This document shows positions 34,731 through 50,229 of a DNA stretch of 64,000 bases, in pieces. The stretch is taken from the NCBI GenBank assembly GCA_044892525.1, contig CM097886.1:183198312-183262311 (forward strand), written 5' to 3'. Position 1 is the first letter of the stretch, and every line of letters begins with the position of its first letter. Made by a program: the position numbers and the translations under genes. This DNA comes from Schmidtea polychroa. Its lineage: Eukaryota. Below the pieces are notes generated by a model, which was given only the letters and a program-made list of their open reading frames with translations, did no database searches and was not told where the DNA came from.

Positions 34731-36100
34731 CCTAAACAAACTGTTAACTCATTACTCAATCATTCAAAAAAAATTACCAAGAAAAAGAATTTTTATTTAC
34801 TTTCATAAAAAATTAACCTAGCTTACTTACAAAATTCCGATTTTTGAATTGGTTCTATTAATCAAATCTTCATTAGCGAGGAAAATATTCGAGATTCAGT
34901 TTGATAATCTATATTCCAAATAAATTTAATCCGAAATTGAGTAAGATAATTCATTCCATTCCAGAAACATTTTTCATTAGCAAGCCCGTTCACTCGATCA
35001 ACAAACGCGAACTGAAATAAATCGTGCTTTCAAGTGAGACCAACCATAATTTCCACGAATCGATTATCGTATCCAACAGAAACGACATTTATTTTACTAC
35101 ATTCCATTCGATTTGACCAGAGACAGTGAATATTTAACTTATCCTTCAAAAAATATTTGAGTAGGGTTCAGCCCTTATTTCCAAGTTAATAAAGGTTGTT
35201 CCACGCTTCCCATAATATTTAAATTATTCTTCAAAAATTTTGAGCAGGATCCCTAAGTGTGACCAAAATTACTTCCAGCGACGGACCCGTGGGAGGTAGG
35301 GTATGATGGTCATATCCTCGGTCTAAGGTGGTCCTCAACCTTCTAAGGGTCAAAAACCGTCGAATTATATATCATTCAAAAGACTTTTGATGGCAAGTTC
35401 AAAGGTCATACCTTCGAAGGGTCCAAGGTGCAAAAATTTTAAAATTTTATAATATACATATCAAACAAAAGATATTTGTGATGTAAGTATCAAGAGCATA
35501 TTTTCAAAGGTTGATGAAGGGTCCTGAACCTTCAAAGCTATAAAAACCTTGAAGGGGTCAAAAACATTTAAACTCTTATATATTTCTAGAAGACCTTAAC
35601 AAGGCATTCTTGCTCCTTGTGCGGTTCATATATCTAGCGCTCCTAAAACCCGAATTCAAAACAGCCTACCATAATAACTATAATATTCATGTTGAAAATG
35701 TTAACTATGTAATCATCTCCAGCTGCTATAATAGGTGGTAATGCTCTGAAAATTCTGATGCTTATTAGAAAAAATGAATAATAGAAGCTTTAAAAATTAA
35801 AAAATTTTAGTGTTTAGTTTTGAATTATAGAGAATATTTAATAATAAAAAATTTTTTTTAATTTTTAAAAATTTTCAAAAAAAAGTTGATTAATTTTAAC
35901 CAATGAATTAACCAATGCAATGAAATAAAAGAGAAAATCAAAAATCTTTTTAAAAATAGAAGAAACGAAATTCCTGGAAATTGACAAGGGCTATCTTAAA
36001 GTGGAAAATCTTTAATTTGTATTAAATATATTATTTGTAGCAAAAAGCTTAAAATATCATTTAATTGTTTAATATTAGTATTATTTTTATTATTATTCTG

Positions 36101-36165
<65 letters not shown>
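36101..36165. repeat. (ATT)n microsatellite, about 21 units
   Basis: Directly visible. Confidence 0.98.
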
Positions 36166-36166
<1 letters not shown>

Positions 36167-36864
36167 GAGGAAACCAAATTTATCCTAAAGGTTTTCAATG
36201 GGCATCCATTTATTCAATTTGGTTATGCAACATCAGTTCTTGAAATTTGAATGATTTGTTGTTTAAATGATATTATAATTTTATGATCATTTTATCATTT
36301 TATCGTATTATGCTCATAATATTAATTATCACAAGAGGTCAAAGGACACCTCGAGATTACCTTTGGCAGTTCATTCAAACAAATTGTAAGATGATGTCAT
36401 CATTGAATTATTTATATAAATAATTGACATATAAATTGTCCATTGTTAATAAGATATTACCAATTATGAAGGGCACCCCTGAAACTGGCAATAATCAATA
36501 ATTAGCTAGAAATTGTACTGAAACAATCAATCGGTTCCTTAAATAAATATTTACAATTCTTATTGAATAAACAAAATTATTAAATTCATAATTTTATAAT
36601 ATTCAATATTAAATATATAATAAAAATAATTATTTTTAGCTTTGTTTATTAAAACAAAATAATGAAAGAATTTGTGCAATAATAAATTGGTAACATGGCA
36701 ACACAATCCATGCAATAAAACAAATTATTTATTATGCAATAACTTAATCAAAAATATATAATAGCGATTCCAAACATTTTTTGTCTTCGGTACCCTTTGA
36801 TTAGGCCTTCATTCTTTTTAACAAAATATAATCAATTGTGAAAGTCAGTGAAAAATTCAAAAAA

Positions 36865-38396
36865 TTAATTGAAAAACATTTTAGTCCTAGTGACGATGCC
36901 AGCCTTACAGAAGGGGCATTCAAATAACTCCATGGAGCAAACATTACATGTCAAATGGCCGCATTGGAATCCAATTTCCACATTATTACCTGAGCAAATT
37001 TGGCACATCTAAATTGCAATAAATCAATACAAATTCATCATATAATCTTACTGGTATTTCCTTATCATGTTCATTTCCTTCATTATCAGGTCTGGCAGTG
37101 TTTCTGTGACATTTCTCGATCTCCTCCTTAGCAACAATGTCTGTGCACGCATCAATTATCCGCTGGCCACGTGACGTCCTCTTATAAATGTCACCGCCCA
37201 ATGAAATTATCATTTTAATAGCTGAGATTAATTTCCTTTTTGAATTTGCCTAGAAATCGATCAATGCGATAAATCAATAATCAATCAATACATTATTGGC
37301 AATCGATATTTTCTCCAATAATTGTGTCAGCGCACATTTGCCGCTTTCATCCTCACCATCGAATTCCTTTGATTCAGTGATCAATGCGTTCACCAGTTCC
37401 ATTTCTCCCATTTCAATTGCAATTTGGAGAGGAATTTGATTCCTTATGTTTCGCAACATGACAAATTTCCCTTGATTTACCGAATCCAATAATTTCCATG
37501 CAAATTCCATCTTCCTTTCTTGCAATATAAATGTGAATAAATTTTCACCGTTTCCAAATGTTCTCGGTGCCGATATTTCCGTTTGTATCAAATGGTCAAA
37601 TAGCTCGATATCATCACTATATACAGCTTTGTAAAGGAGATTCTCTATAACCGACTGCTGCAATATGGAACTAGATTTATTGAATAGTAATCTTATTAGG
37701 TTAGCTCCACAAATCTCGCATGATTGGAAGGTATCCTTTGATATAGCTGACCGCAAAAAATTGTCAGGCAAAAGCTCAATCAATGCTTTTGCATATGAGA
37801 ACCACTGATTTAGGAAAGCCGTTTGAAAATCATTTGAAGTGAAATTTGTCAATCTCGGCTGATTGGACACGAGTGCAAGCATTAATCTGATAAATTGATT
37901 TATTATCAATGATTTATTAATATATTTCAATAAATTCTACTTTTCACTTCCAATATTCGATGCCAATTGGAATACAGTGATCCCATTGGTTGATTTGACA
38001 TTGGCATCTGCTCCGTGTGCAATCAATATATTTGTGATATCGATTAATTTATTCAAGTTCTAAAATTGATATTTACAAGCCAATCAAAATATATCATTAC
38101 ATCATCATTGATATCAATTGGTGGCTCGACAAGCATCTCAAACAATGGAGTGCTTCTCAAATTGTTAACACTGTCAACCTGTGCTCCAGCATTGAGTAGT
38201 GAACTGCACATATTTGGTTTCAGGCATTTCACCGCGAGATGCAGCAGTGAATTGTTGTCACCATCATGAGCATTCGAACTACTTAAATCGAGTCGTTCGA
38301 GAAAACACGGAAAAAGAATTCCATGAAATTTCATTGACAATGTTAACGCGTTTTCATAGCAAGTCAAAGAAATTATTGATTGTGCAAATGGAATAA
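36865..38396 (-). CDS. Ankyrin + RING 3' exon cluster, copy 2
   Basis: Same exon structure at offset 33389; three amino-acid differences seen (K>N, Q>E, D>G). Confidence 0.88.
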
Positions 38397-41072
38397 CTGA
38401 AAATAATGAAATTCATTAATATTAATTGAATCATGTGTCTTTTATGGCTCATTACACATCCCATTCATTTACTGCTTTAAAAAAATTGTTAAATTTAAGT
38501 TATGCAAAGTGATTTGATCAGTTATTATTAATTTATAATAATAATTAAATAAAAAAATAATGGGAAAATATTTTTAATTCCAGAATTTAAATTTAAACAA
38601 AATAAGTAAGAAATGAAAATATTATTTACATTATAAAAAATCCAATAAATACACGAAAGTAAAAATCTTAAACATTGTGAAACATTGCAAATTCATTCAA
38701 TTTTTTAAATAGGTCAACTTAAAAATTTATAGATTTTTCGATTTTCAAGGTTTTAACGAAAGTTCAATATTAATATTGATTACTTTGATTCTCCCGGTAA
38801 TTTTATGGAATCGACACCAGCGTAATCTGAAACACAGCTTATGACATTTTATATTTTTGAATGGCAACTAGTGTTTCCAAATTACCCAAATTACAATTCT
38901 ATATTAAATGCGTTTATTCATTGCAACGCAAAAAATCAACACACAGGTAAGTTTTTATGTTTATATAATATACACGTATTTTTTTTATTTTTACATTATG
39001 GATGAGTTTATTCAATGCATCGGGTTTTGTGACAATTTTCTGTGATTTTCTGTGTATAAAGTTTGTGATTGAATTGAATATTTATGCGCGTTCATTTGAT
39101 TAATTTATTGTGGGTAATGATTCCAATGGCTGTCTGTCCACAATTATATTTATTAAACCCGATATTATTCTAGCTTTTGTTTTACTATATTGAAATTTAG
39201 AATTAAACTTTTTGTAACAATTAATTTATCAAAAATTAAAATTTTATTTTTCAGTTTTTGTTATATTTTTACATTTTTATTGGTTAATAAGAATTTGCAA
39301 TTTTAATTTCAAGCTTTTACAGCAATTCCTGATAAATCTCTTTTTAATACTTTTTCAAAATTTAAACTTCTTTGAATAAGCTAAATTATATTTAATTGTT
39401 TTATTAAACAATCATGAGTTATTTTCTGGTTTCCTTATAATGATTTGCGGCTTCCTGGAAATGGTCTCATAGAAATCTGGATTCAACCAGATAAAGATTT
39501 TTTCAAACTGCCATCATAATTATTGTAAGCTTTTTCAATTTGTTTTTCATTTGTTATTATTGTTATAAATTATTGAATATATGTTTAGGAATTGTGATGT
39601 AAGCCTTTATGATACGCTCGTCTATGTGTACTAGTTATTGCATGTATACATATATTTGACCTACTTTTTTAATAACTTTAAATATACATTTCAGCAGAAG
39701 ACACAAGCCGTTATGATGATGCGAGTCTGACCTAAATAATATTTGAGTTGACCTACATAATATATAAGGCCAAAACAGCCTCAGCAGGTCGATCAGTGGT
39801 GCTGTCATGATGGAAGCATATCTACTACTTATAGCAGCCTTTATTCATTGGCAACAGGTGTAATCATTGTAGATCCTGATCCTGAACCAATTAAAATATG
39901 GATCGCGTCTGTGTGCGCGTTGATTACACCTAACCGCGAAAGTTAACATTGTCTATAATATAAGTTGGTGTGCACACCACCTGAGGTGAGTCACCAATTA
40001 TATGACAATGTTAACTTAATTTCATTTATTCAATTTTCCAAAAATCGTTTAAAGGTAAGTTTTTGCATTGAAGTAATTTTTAGGACTTGATTTTGATTTT
40101 ATATAATTATGAGATCATTATTCAAGTTCTTAAATATTACTGTTAGTCAGCATTTATAATATTGATAATATATAACATTGATAATTAAATTTCAGGTGTT
40201 TTTTTAGGAATTTTATCGTATTTTATTTGGATTTATTTGGATTTATTTCGTAAAAATGTAAGTTAGATATTTTTATAATTATAAATATGTAAAGTAATCA
40301 CTAAACATTTATTTTTTAAAGACATTTAGTAAAGAATGGATAAAATATTTTTTAAGTTTTTGTAATCTTCTTTCGAATTTTGTCTATTTCTGTAATTCTA
40401 TGATTTAATTTATTAAAATTTACGATTTGCGATGTTTTTCCTGCAAATTCAAAGATGTCGAAGGATCTTCTTCAATATCTGTAAATCTAAAGAAATTTTA
40501 TATTCTAAATTATTTTATAATTAAATCTTACGATGTATTTACTTCTTTTTCCCTAAAGCTCAACGTAGAGCAGTCGGAATCTGATTCAAAAGTTTTTTTG
40601 TACATAATTTTTTAAATAATTTTAAAATATTGATATGTTAATTATATGTTAATCAATCTGAATTTCGCATGAAAAACACTTTACTTAATTTTGTATGTAT
40701 TTTTCATTATGTGTGCTGTGTTTGTATGCTTAATTATTTTCTCTCACTTTTTAGATTCCTATAATAAATATGTTAAATTTCGCGGCATTAAATTTCTACA
40801 CACAGGTAAGTTTGTGTGTTCCTATAATATATATTTATTGATTTTTTTTTTAGATTATAGATAATGTTATATTTCGCGGTTAGGTGTATTTGTTGGGATT
40901 GCTTGTTGAGTGCGCACACAGACACGAGGCAATGTTTGTGTGTTGGTGCTGGCTATTTATTATTTGTGGGTTCTGGAAGGACATTATTATTGGTTGTTTG
41001 GATGAACTAATTGGATCGCTTTTGAATATTGATATTTTGTTTGGTTCATAAAACTTGCTAATGGTTAGGGCT

Positions 41073-41460
41073 AATAAATCAGGAATGTGCAAAGGTGGAT
41101 TTGCCGGAGGTGATGCTTCATGAGCTGTGGTGCTCTCAATTGCTGGGCGCATTCTAGACATGGAGGTTTGACAGATTATTTGATGGCAATACGAACAGGA
41201 CGATATTACAGGTTTATAACCACAGCGCAAAGGAGAATTTGTTCGAGATATTAAAGAACAAATGTGTTTCATTGCTCTTGTTGTTGAGCAAGCAATGCAG
41301 GCTGCTGCTTTATCATCGCTTCCTGATGAGTTATGAACTACCAGATGATCAATTTATAACCATTGGAAATGAAATATTGAGATGTCCAGAAGCTTTGTTA
41401 CATCCATCGTTCTTGTGAATGGATATTGTTGGTATTCAGGAGGCAACTTATGACAGCATT
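41073..41460 (+). pseudogene. Actin pseudogene fragment, copy 2
   Basis: Same sequence at offset 33387. Confidence 0.92.
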
Positions 41461-41516
41461 ACATTTTCTGCAGGACTAAAAAGATATGATTTGATCCTTC
41501 CGTAATGCTTCTAGAT

Positions 41517-43916
41517 CAGGGGTGCCCACTAATTTTTCTAGGAGAGCTACATTCACATCCAAAATGTGTATGCGATCTACTTTTTTAATACTTACATAAT
41601 ATTTACCTACAATGCAATAAATTCATCACAATAAAACAAATATATGTCAAAATATGGAAAATTAAAGTATATAACTATTTATTATAAAAAAATGTAACTT
41701 AGGAAATCAAATTTAATGAAAATTATTTTTATATAGAACTTTTCGATGTTGATGCTCTACATTGGGTTGAATCCACTAGATTTTTGTAGTTTGGGATATA
41801 AGTGCTAAGACAACTTCTTAGGCTGGATTCCAAATGGTCATCTGTTAATGTTGCTCGGTACTTTGACTTTATAATTTTCAGATTGTGAAAAAGCAGAATC
41901 ACATAAATAAGTTGAACCAAAACATGATACTAAATTTTCGAAGCATTTTTTCAAGTTTGAATATTTATCCTCTGATAGATATTTCCATACATTTGCTTCG
42001 GAAGATCTTGATTTAATGAAGATATCATTTTGAAGTGTGATTATTTCCATTTCAAGTATAGGGATATCCATTTTAAACAAAGTTGAAATTGAATCTGCAA
42101 CAATTTCTGGTTTTATTTTTGGATTAAACGGAAAGGACATAAATGCAGCCACAATTTCAAGTTTCTTGGAGTCTTGAAAACGTCTCTCGAACTCTAAAAC
42201 CAAAATTTTGATCTGTTTCGCATATCTCGTAATATTAAAGTTGACATTTTCAGATTCTTTTAATTGTGACAACATATTTGGAAAATAACTTAAATTTTTG
42301 TCTTCTATTTTGGTAATAAGTAAATGAAGCTTCTGTATAAATGCATTGATTGAACTTATCATATCGAATATCAATTTATCCTTACCTTGTAAATCGAGAT
42401 TTAATTCATTCAGAATTGCAGTAATATCTACTAAAAATGCCAAATCCAAGAGCCAAACATCATCTTCCAATTGCTTGAACTCATCACCTCTTGCGGCAAG
42501 GAACAACTTAATCTCAGAAAGCAAATCTCTAAATCTTTGTAAGAATTTTCCTCTACTTAGCCATCTTACATCTGAAGGCATCAGTAATTCAGTAGGACCT
42601 TCGCTATTACTTTCTTCAATTTGTAATTTGAAAAGTCGTCTCTGAAGACTTCTTGCACGAATCGAGTTAGCAATTTTGAATGTTATTTCCATAATATCTC
42701 TCATATTCAGAATTTTAGCACACAAGGCTTGTTGATGAATAATACAGTGGTAGGAAAGAAAATCTGGGAATTCACAATCATTCCTACAATATGCTATAAA
42801 TCCGTTGTGACGCCCTGTCATAGCTGGTGCGCCATCTGTTGTTATCGATACAAGCTTACAAATTTGGAGCTGAATGCTGTTGGCATAAGCTTTAAAATTC
42901 TGAAATATATCCTCACCTCGAGTTTTACTTTTGAGTGGTATAATTGTTAATAATTCTTCCTTCGTAGAAAAATCTTTAAAGACCATTCGAATAAAAATTA
43001 TAAGCTGCGAAATATCAGCCGCATCAGTTGATTCGTCTGCTTGCAATGAAAATGCGGTACAATTTCCTATGTCTAACATTAACTGATTTTTTAAATTGGA
43101 ACTTATTTCTTGGACTCTCCGTGTAACTGTATTACGGGACAATTGCATATCAGTAATAGCAGAAATTATATCTGATTTATTTTTAAAATCACAAAATAAT
43201 GATTCTGCCGCTTCTAAAAATGCTTCTTTTACAATTACTCCATCACTAAAAGATTTCTTATTTTTTGCCAGAATGTAGCTTACCGGAAAGATGCAGCTGT
43301 AGCTGACTTTGATTTGGATGTTAACTTCGTAAAAAATGACTGTTGAAAAGAAATGCATGTTTTCAGTTCCATGATTTTAGACTTGCGTAGTTCACTGTCA
43401 AGTGGATAATCAACTGCAAAAGTCTTATGAATTGTCTTGAAATGCCTTTCCAAATTCCCTCTTTTTGGTAATGAAATAGTAGCTTTACAAATTAAGCAAC
43501 AACATTTACCTTTAATCATTACAAAAAAGTACTCCTTCTCCATTTCTTCGCTATAATGATAAGTCTTGGCTTTTTAATTTAGCATTTTTAAACAAAATTA
43601 ATTTAACAAAAAAGCTTAAGAAAATTTTTCACTTTGTTACACCAACCAAAATTAAATTTAACTAAATAAACAAAATTAAATTAAACTAAATTAAACTAAA
43701 TAACATTTTGGAAATAGTGAAATCAAAATTAAAAAATGTTATTTAGTATTACCATAGAAATGGAACACAGAACATGAAAATTGGCAAAAAATTTAAGCAT
43801 AAAATAGAAATTTTATATAAAATCTAAATTTATATAAAAAATATTTTTATGAAGATCTACTAAAAAATCCTTCGCGATCTACCGGTAGATCGCGATCGAC
43901 CTTATGGGCACCCCTG
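41517..43916 (-). mobile_element. Buster/SPIN-type hAT, copy 2
   Basis: Same TIRs, TSD and frameshifts at offset 33387. Confidence 0.95.
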
Positions 43917-44168
43917 TTCTAGATGTTCCCGTGGCATTGTAACCAATGACCAAATAATAACCAAATCAAACATTTCATTTGGCACTCAAAATAATTATTT
44001 CACAGAAATTATTTCTATTTTCTTTAACAAATTAATTAAAAGTTTTAGTTTGATAAAGTTTCACATCAATACAAGTATTAATATCGAAATAATAAAAGCA
44101 GATCGATTGCATATTAATTTAAATTAAATCAATTAATTAATTAATCAATTAACTAATAAATAATTTAC

Positions 44169-44939
44169 CATTTTCATTTCCGGAATATCGATTAATATTC
44201 TGTAAATAATAGAAATATAAAATTCAAATCAAATAAATTGTGACATTTCCTCACCTCAACAGATCTCACAACATCGGCACCCCGGTTCACCAGTTGAGCA
44301 CAAACATTTACCATCCCTCGAATAACTGCACAGTGTAGGCCAGTCAACCCCATCTATATCTCACATAATTATTCAATCAATAAACAACAAATCTCACAAA
44401 TCCAGCATGATCAATATCAATTGATCGATCTATCAAATATTCACAATTGTCCTCCAATCCACTCGCAATCGCCTCATGCAATGGAGTTTGTGAATACTAA
44501 ATAATGCCAATATATCAATATCAATATTGAATACTCTATTGAATTACTTTGTTTTGTGTATTGGTATCGATCTCAAATTGCTGCAATACATTGATGCATT
44601 TCCTATGATGCAGCGAATGGGCCAAGGCCAATGCAGTCCCCATTGTCTACAAATATATTGATTTGATCATTTCAATAAACACATACTTCATTATTTGCAT
44701 TGATATCTACAATGTCCTGATTATCTAGTATAAATTTGGTCATATCGGCATCATTATCAGATATTGCTGTGTGTAATATGGTGAAATTGACCTTGATAAT
44801 AAATAAAATTAATTATTGATTTTGCATTATTCTGATGCACCTTTTGTCGTGATTCCATCAGAATCATTCGTTCTTGTATTTCTTCTTGTATTTCCACGAA
44901 TCCTTTTTCCTTTGCTTTGTCAATGGCCTTGATCCATAA
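44169..44939 (-). CDS. Ankyrin-repeat exon cluster (middle), copy 2
   Basis: Same exons at offset 33387. Confidence 0.85.
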
Positions 44940-45820
44940 CTGAATGATGAAATCAATGCTGATTTAATCAATTTCATCTCAAATTAGTTAATAATAATAA
45001 TAATAATAATAACAATAATAACAAAAAACAGGTAAATGATAAGGTAAGCATTTGCTGCAAAATCTTTATTAAGTGAGAAAATTATTTATATAAAATAATT
45101 CAATTCGATCTTTCATAATTTTGCTTCAATGTTGAAATGCTTGCATGATTTCCTTTTAAAATTCATTTCTGATTTTTATTTGTTCAAAAATTGATTAATT
45201 AAAATTACTGAAATGTAAAGCATAAAATATTTACGTGTTGACATATTTGAAAATATGTCCTACCAGTCAACTCAGGAAATGATTCACTATAAATAGCGCT
45301 TAAAAGATTTCAAATATCTCAACTGGTTCTACTGTAACTGATGTAAGCGCTTAGGAACACTAATCCCCTAGCCATGGGATATATTAGTCGCTATCATATT
45401 ATTAATATATTATTATCATATCAGACTATTATCATATTATTAATTTTGATCCCAGAAATTATTTGTCGGAAACATTTTTAAAAACCTGTTTGTATGTATC
45501 CAATAGTAACAAATTATTACTATTATTATTATAAGAACTTATTTTAAAAATTTTACCACAGATTTCCATTGACATTATATTTATTTAAAAGCTTGACTAT
45601 GAATCAGTAAATATATCGATATAATTGATATGCACGAATTTTCGACACCGCCTTTTTCAATTGAATTATTATTATTAATATGATTTGACATAATGAAATA
45701 ACAAAATTCATAAATGTATTTTATCACAATTTTTAATTATTTAAACAAATTTAATATTTTGGTAAATGGTTTTGTGTGATTAATGCTTTTCTAATCACAA
45801 CAATTCACTCCTCCTAATTT

Positions 45821-46716
45821 GATTGCTCTGCTGGCTATAGACGATCAACTGATAAATTCTCTAATACATAGCTTGAAATATTTTGGCTGCTTTTCTAATA
45901 GACGAAACGGACCATTATATGGAGCTTCTAATGATTTCCGTACATCTTTTCTCATGTACACGAATTCACAATCCTTAATATATTTATTGATCGTCATACA
46001 ATCTTGCAATGGTCTTTCGATTATTCTGAAGCTCTCAATAATTTCTTTAAATTGATATGGAGAAGCTTCTATTTATGAATTAAAAATAATTCCTGGTACA
46101 GCAAGATCACATTCAAATACTTTTTGTGTCGGAGAATAACCTGCTGAATCCCGACTGTTCCTTATCGTTAACAGTACCTGAGGTAAAACGTCAAATTTTT
46201 AATTTAATTTTATTCATTTTATTAATTTATTATTAATTTTATCCATTGAAGCCATTTCTTGAGATTTTAGTGTCTGATGGAATTCTGCAACTTTACAATT
46301 GGCTTGGGAATGATAAGCGCATGTTTGATTTGTATTTATTTCAAGAAAGTTGAACATATACTGGAATAAAGAGTTTGTAAATTGATCTGTTACAATTTCA
46401 GATGGGATTCCATATCGGGAAATCCCCACTTCAATTAGTGATTTTGCCACAGTTTCTGAATCTATATATTAAATGGCCAATACCTCAGGGTAATATGTTT
46501 AACTATCGATCATTGTTAGTAGATAGGACTTCTCGTTATTTGCTAGGAAGATTTGCAATTCTGCTTTGATATGACGATATACTTTTGATTTTAAGCAGGA
46601 ATCGCGTTGCTGACACAACATCTGGACATCCTTTGTCATCTTGTGTCATGTATATGAACTCAACATCAATATCTTGGCCATTCGTATTTCTGGATGAGCG
46701 ACATATTTGGGTATAT
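45821..46716 (-). mobile_element. Gypsy integrase remnant, copy 2
   Basis: Same sequence at offset 33386. Confidence 0.85.
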
Positions 46717-46719
46717 AGA

Positions 46720-47321
46720 CAGTACTGTGCGAATTAGTGTGAATATGAAATAATTTACATGTTTTATCATCTAGTTATACGACCATGTCAAAATTAGCTC
46801 CAGTTTAGTTTTACTGTTCTTATATTTGTTGTGTAATAACGTATTGGAGTTTACAGACGTGTTGTTATAGATAATTTAGTAAATACTATTGTGCTTCCTT
46901 TAGTTTTTTACTAAGACTATCCAAACTATTCTAATCTTTGTTTCTTTCTTATTTTAAAAGATGAATGTTTCTCCCAAGAAGAGCACAAAAATTGTTACCT
47001 TAAGTGAACACATCAATGTATCAAAGAGATATTGCCAAAGAGTGTGGTGCGAGTTTAGGAGCTGTAATCAACATTTTAAAACAAAAGAAGGAATTTGAGA
47101 CGGTTTAGGCGAATAGAAAAGGAAAATGTGGAAGGAAGAGGAAGACAATAATAGATGAATTTATAATAGGAGTAAGTAAATTGAATTCTAGAGAAAATAA
47201 CCAGCAACTTCAGAAAGGCTTAGCACATGGTGGAGTTATTATTCCCGATTCCACAGCTTGACAATGGCTTATCAAAGTTAGAACAAGTCTAATAGACCTC
47301 AAAAAAAAAACAATTATTGAG
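46720..47321 (+). mobile_element. Tc1 fragment, copy 2
   Basis: Same sequence at offset 33386. Confidence 0.75.
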
Positions 47322-47385
47322 CTTTGTTTAAAAAAGTGACAACGAAAACTTTACGACAGCTCATATCAATAGAATCATTAAACGC

Positions 47386-47841
47386 GATAAGGACGATGTT
47401 TTGATCTGGTTATTGTATAAAGGTACCGGATCCCTTGTGTCGGTTGAAGGCATGATAAAGGCGCTTTGTTTAATTTGTAGAAATATCGTAGCTGTTTTTA
47501 AAGATTATAATTTAAAACGGCATTATTTTCAAAAATATGTTTCCACGTATGATGATTACGACGGAATGTATCGTAAAGATAAAGTAGCTGGACTTAAGGA
47601 AAATCTGTTTTCTCAACAAACATTTTTCAAGAGAATTGTCACTCAAAATTATTCTGTCGTAAAAGTCAGTTATGTGGTAACAAATATAATTGCAAAGAAG
47701 TCGAAACCCTTCACAGATCGCAAATTTATTAAGTAATGTTTGGAAAGTCTAGCTGACATTATTTGTCCAGATAAAAAATCAGACATATCAAAAATCAGTT
47801 TATCGCAACTAACTATAGGAGGACGAATTAAAGATATTCAG
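47386..47841 (+). mobile_element. hAT N-terminal fragment, copy 2
   Basis: Same sequence at offset 33386. Confidence 0.85.
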
Positions 47842-47856
47842 GACACCTTTGTCCAT

Positions 47857-50229
47857 TGTGAGGCGTTTTGTAATTTGTATTTAAATAATGGTATGATGTT
47901 GTGCTTGTTTGATTGTATGCTGAAATCCTTACTTATACATTAATTATTATTTTTTAGAAACTCCTCAAACAAATTAACGTTATAATTTGTTTTAATAATA
48001 TTTGTGTTTTTATAATAAACGTGTTTTAGTTATGGATTCTATTAATACCCGTAGCTCTGTGGCTAATATGGCGACGACGATTGCAAATTTTATCAAGCCA
48101 CAAGAAACATATGACATGAATTCAGACGTGGAAGATTTTATCTTAGAAACGGAACGATTCTTCGAGATGACAAATATTGTCGATGAATACAGAAGCAAAT
48201 TCGTCAAAGCTTTTCTATCAATCAATTCAACGAAGAAATATGAGTTGACTAATGAAACTCTGCATTATACAGAAAGATTAAGAAACGCTTTTGCTAAGAA
48301 CAGAAGTCTTATCGATGATCTCAACGAAGCGCTAAATTATCGTCAAGGAAATGAGGCTGCCGAAGAATTCTGCTCAAAAATTGAGAAACTTCCAAAAAAT
48401 ATTTTGAAGCATAAACTTGATGAAGAAGAACTAAAGAAATTTTTGCTATTCAATTCGCTTGAAGATAAAGAAGTTAAAAAAGATCTCAAAATGCAAGATT
48501 TAAAATCATTTGATGAAATGAAAGAAAGATTAAAGAGACACGACCAAGTTTCAAAAGAAATTAATGTATTTCATGCTGATGTAGCTTCAATGAATAAAAC
48601 ACAACGCTATGCTGATGCTGTTAAGAAGAGCTTACCAAGATATAGTTATGATAACAGATCAATTCGAGAACGAGAAGCTAATCCCAGATTCAAAGATGAA
48701 TATAAAAGAGAACCTCAACATAATCCAAGATTCAAAGGCGATCTTACCAGAGAACATCGATATGCTATTTCAAATGAATGAAAACCTATGAATAGAAGTA
48801 AGCCTTATAATACCAGGGAATTTCATTCGCGAGATCATGTCCAAACAAATCAAATTTTGCGATGTTGGGCGTGCCACGAAGAAGGTCATAGAAGATCTGA
48901 ATGCCCCAATATTCAATGTGCCCATTGTAAAAGATCTGGACATTTCAAACATCAGTGCCATGAGTTATTTCCAGGCAGACGTCGAAAATTCCATAAATCA
49001 GTGGCTGCATTCGGTGACGAGGATTCAGAGGCTGATTTTGAGTACCCAAATGGGAATGCTCCACCACACGAGGAGGTGATCGGAGCAATAAATTAAAGGT
49101 AATTAATGATATGAGTAAGGGTTGTATGATTTTGAATGATTGTGATAGGTTGAATGATTGTGATAGTTTGAATGATAACTGTTGTGATGGTGTTTTTGAT
49201 TATAGAAATTATATTAATATATACATTAATAAATTTTGTATGGATGAAGTTTTCAAAGACCCACCCCTAACTTCTAATGAACTAAATGTTCTTAATCGTG
49301 ATAAACGGAATGATATAATAGTATACGATAAAATGCAGGGAAGGCCCAGTGTTACCGTAATGATTAATAATGTAAAATTAGTATGCCTATTAGATACTGG
49401 AGCTAAAATAAGTGTGATTGATTATAATATTTTTAAAATACTTGGAAATTTGAATATGACTACAAGTAATCTGAAATTAAGATGTGCGAATTATAGCCCG
49501 ATTGAAATTTGCGGTAAAACTTTATTAAATGTAAAAGTTGATAAAATTTCTGATATTAAAAAAGTAGAATTCGTTGTAGCCAAAGATATAAACCCAAAGT
49601 TGATAGGAGGTATAGATTTTCTCGAAAGATTTGGAATGCAATTGCAAATAGAAAACCGTACAGACGAAATAAATACAATTATGGAAAATTCATTTAATAA
49701 CCACATAAGTGAAGATAAGATTATAAATAATTTAATTTCCACGTTTGACGGTATTTTTATGAAACATAAATGGGATGTTGGAAAAACCGAACTATTAAAG
49801 CATGAAATACTTACTAAAGGTTATAATAAACCCAAGACGACAACCTATACATTTAATAGAAAAAATTGAAGAAAATATTCAAGAAATGTTGAAATATGGC
49901 ATTATATATGAATGTACATCTCCTTGGAATTCTCCATTAGTATGTGTTAAAAAGAAAAACAGTAGTGATATAAGAATATGCTTGGACTACCGTGCTTTAA
50001 ATAATATAACCGAAAGACCTATTTTTCCCATTCCAAATACTGATGAATTATTAGATATTCTTGACGGAGCAAAGTTTTTCTCGACAATTGATTTAGGCAA
50101 TGCTTATAATCAAGAAGAACTCGATGATGCATCAAAATTGAAAACAGCATTTCCGACAAAAAGCAAGCAATATTACTTTAACAGAATGCCATTTGGAATA
50201 GCAGCCGCACCAGCAACATTTCAAAGACT
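47857..50229 (+). mobile_element. Gypsy LTR/PBS/gag-pro-RT, copy 2
   Basis: Same sequence at offset 33386. Confidence 0.92.

Noticed and set aside
36065-36250. Poly-Ile ORF (and poly-Leu ORF 18919-19116)
   Set aside because: Translation of ATT/AAT microsatellites.
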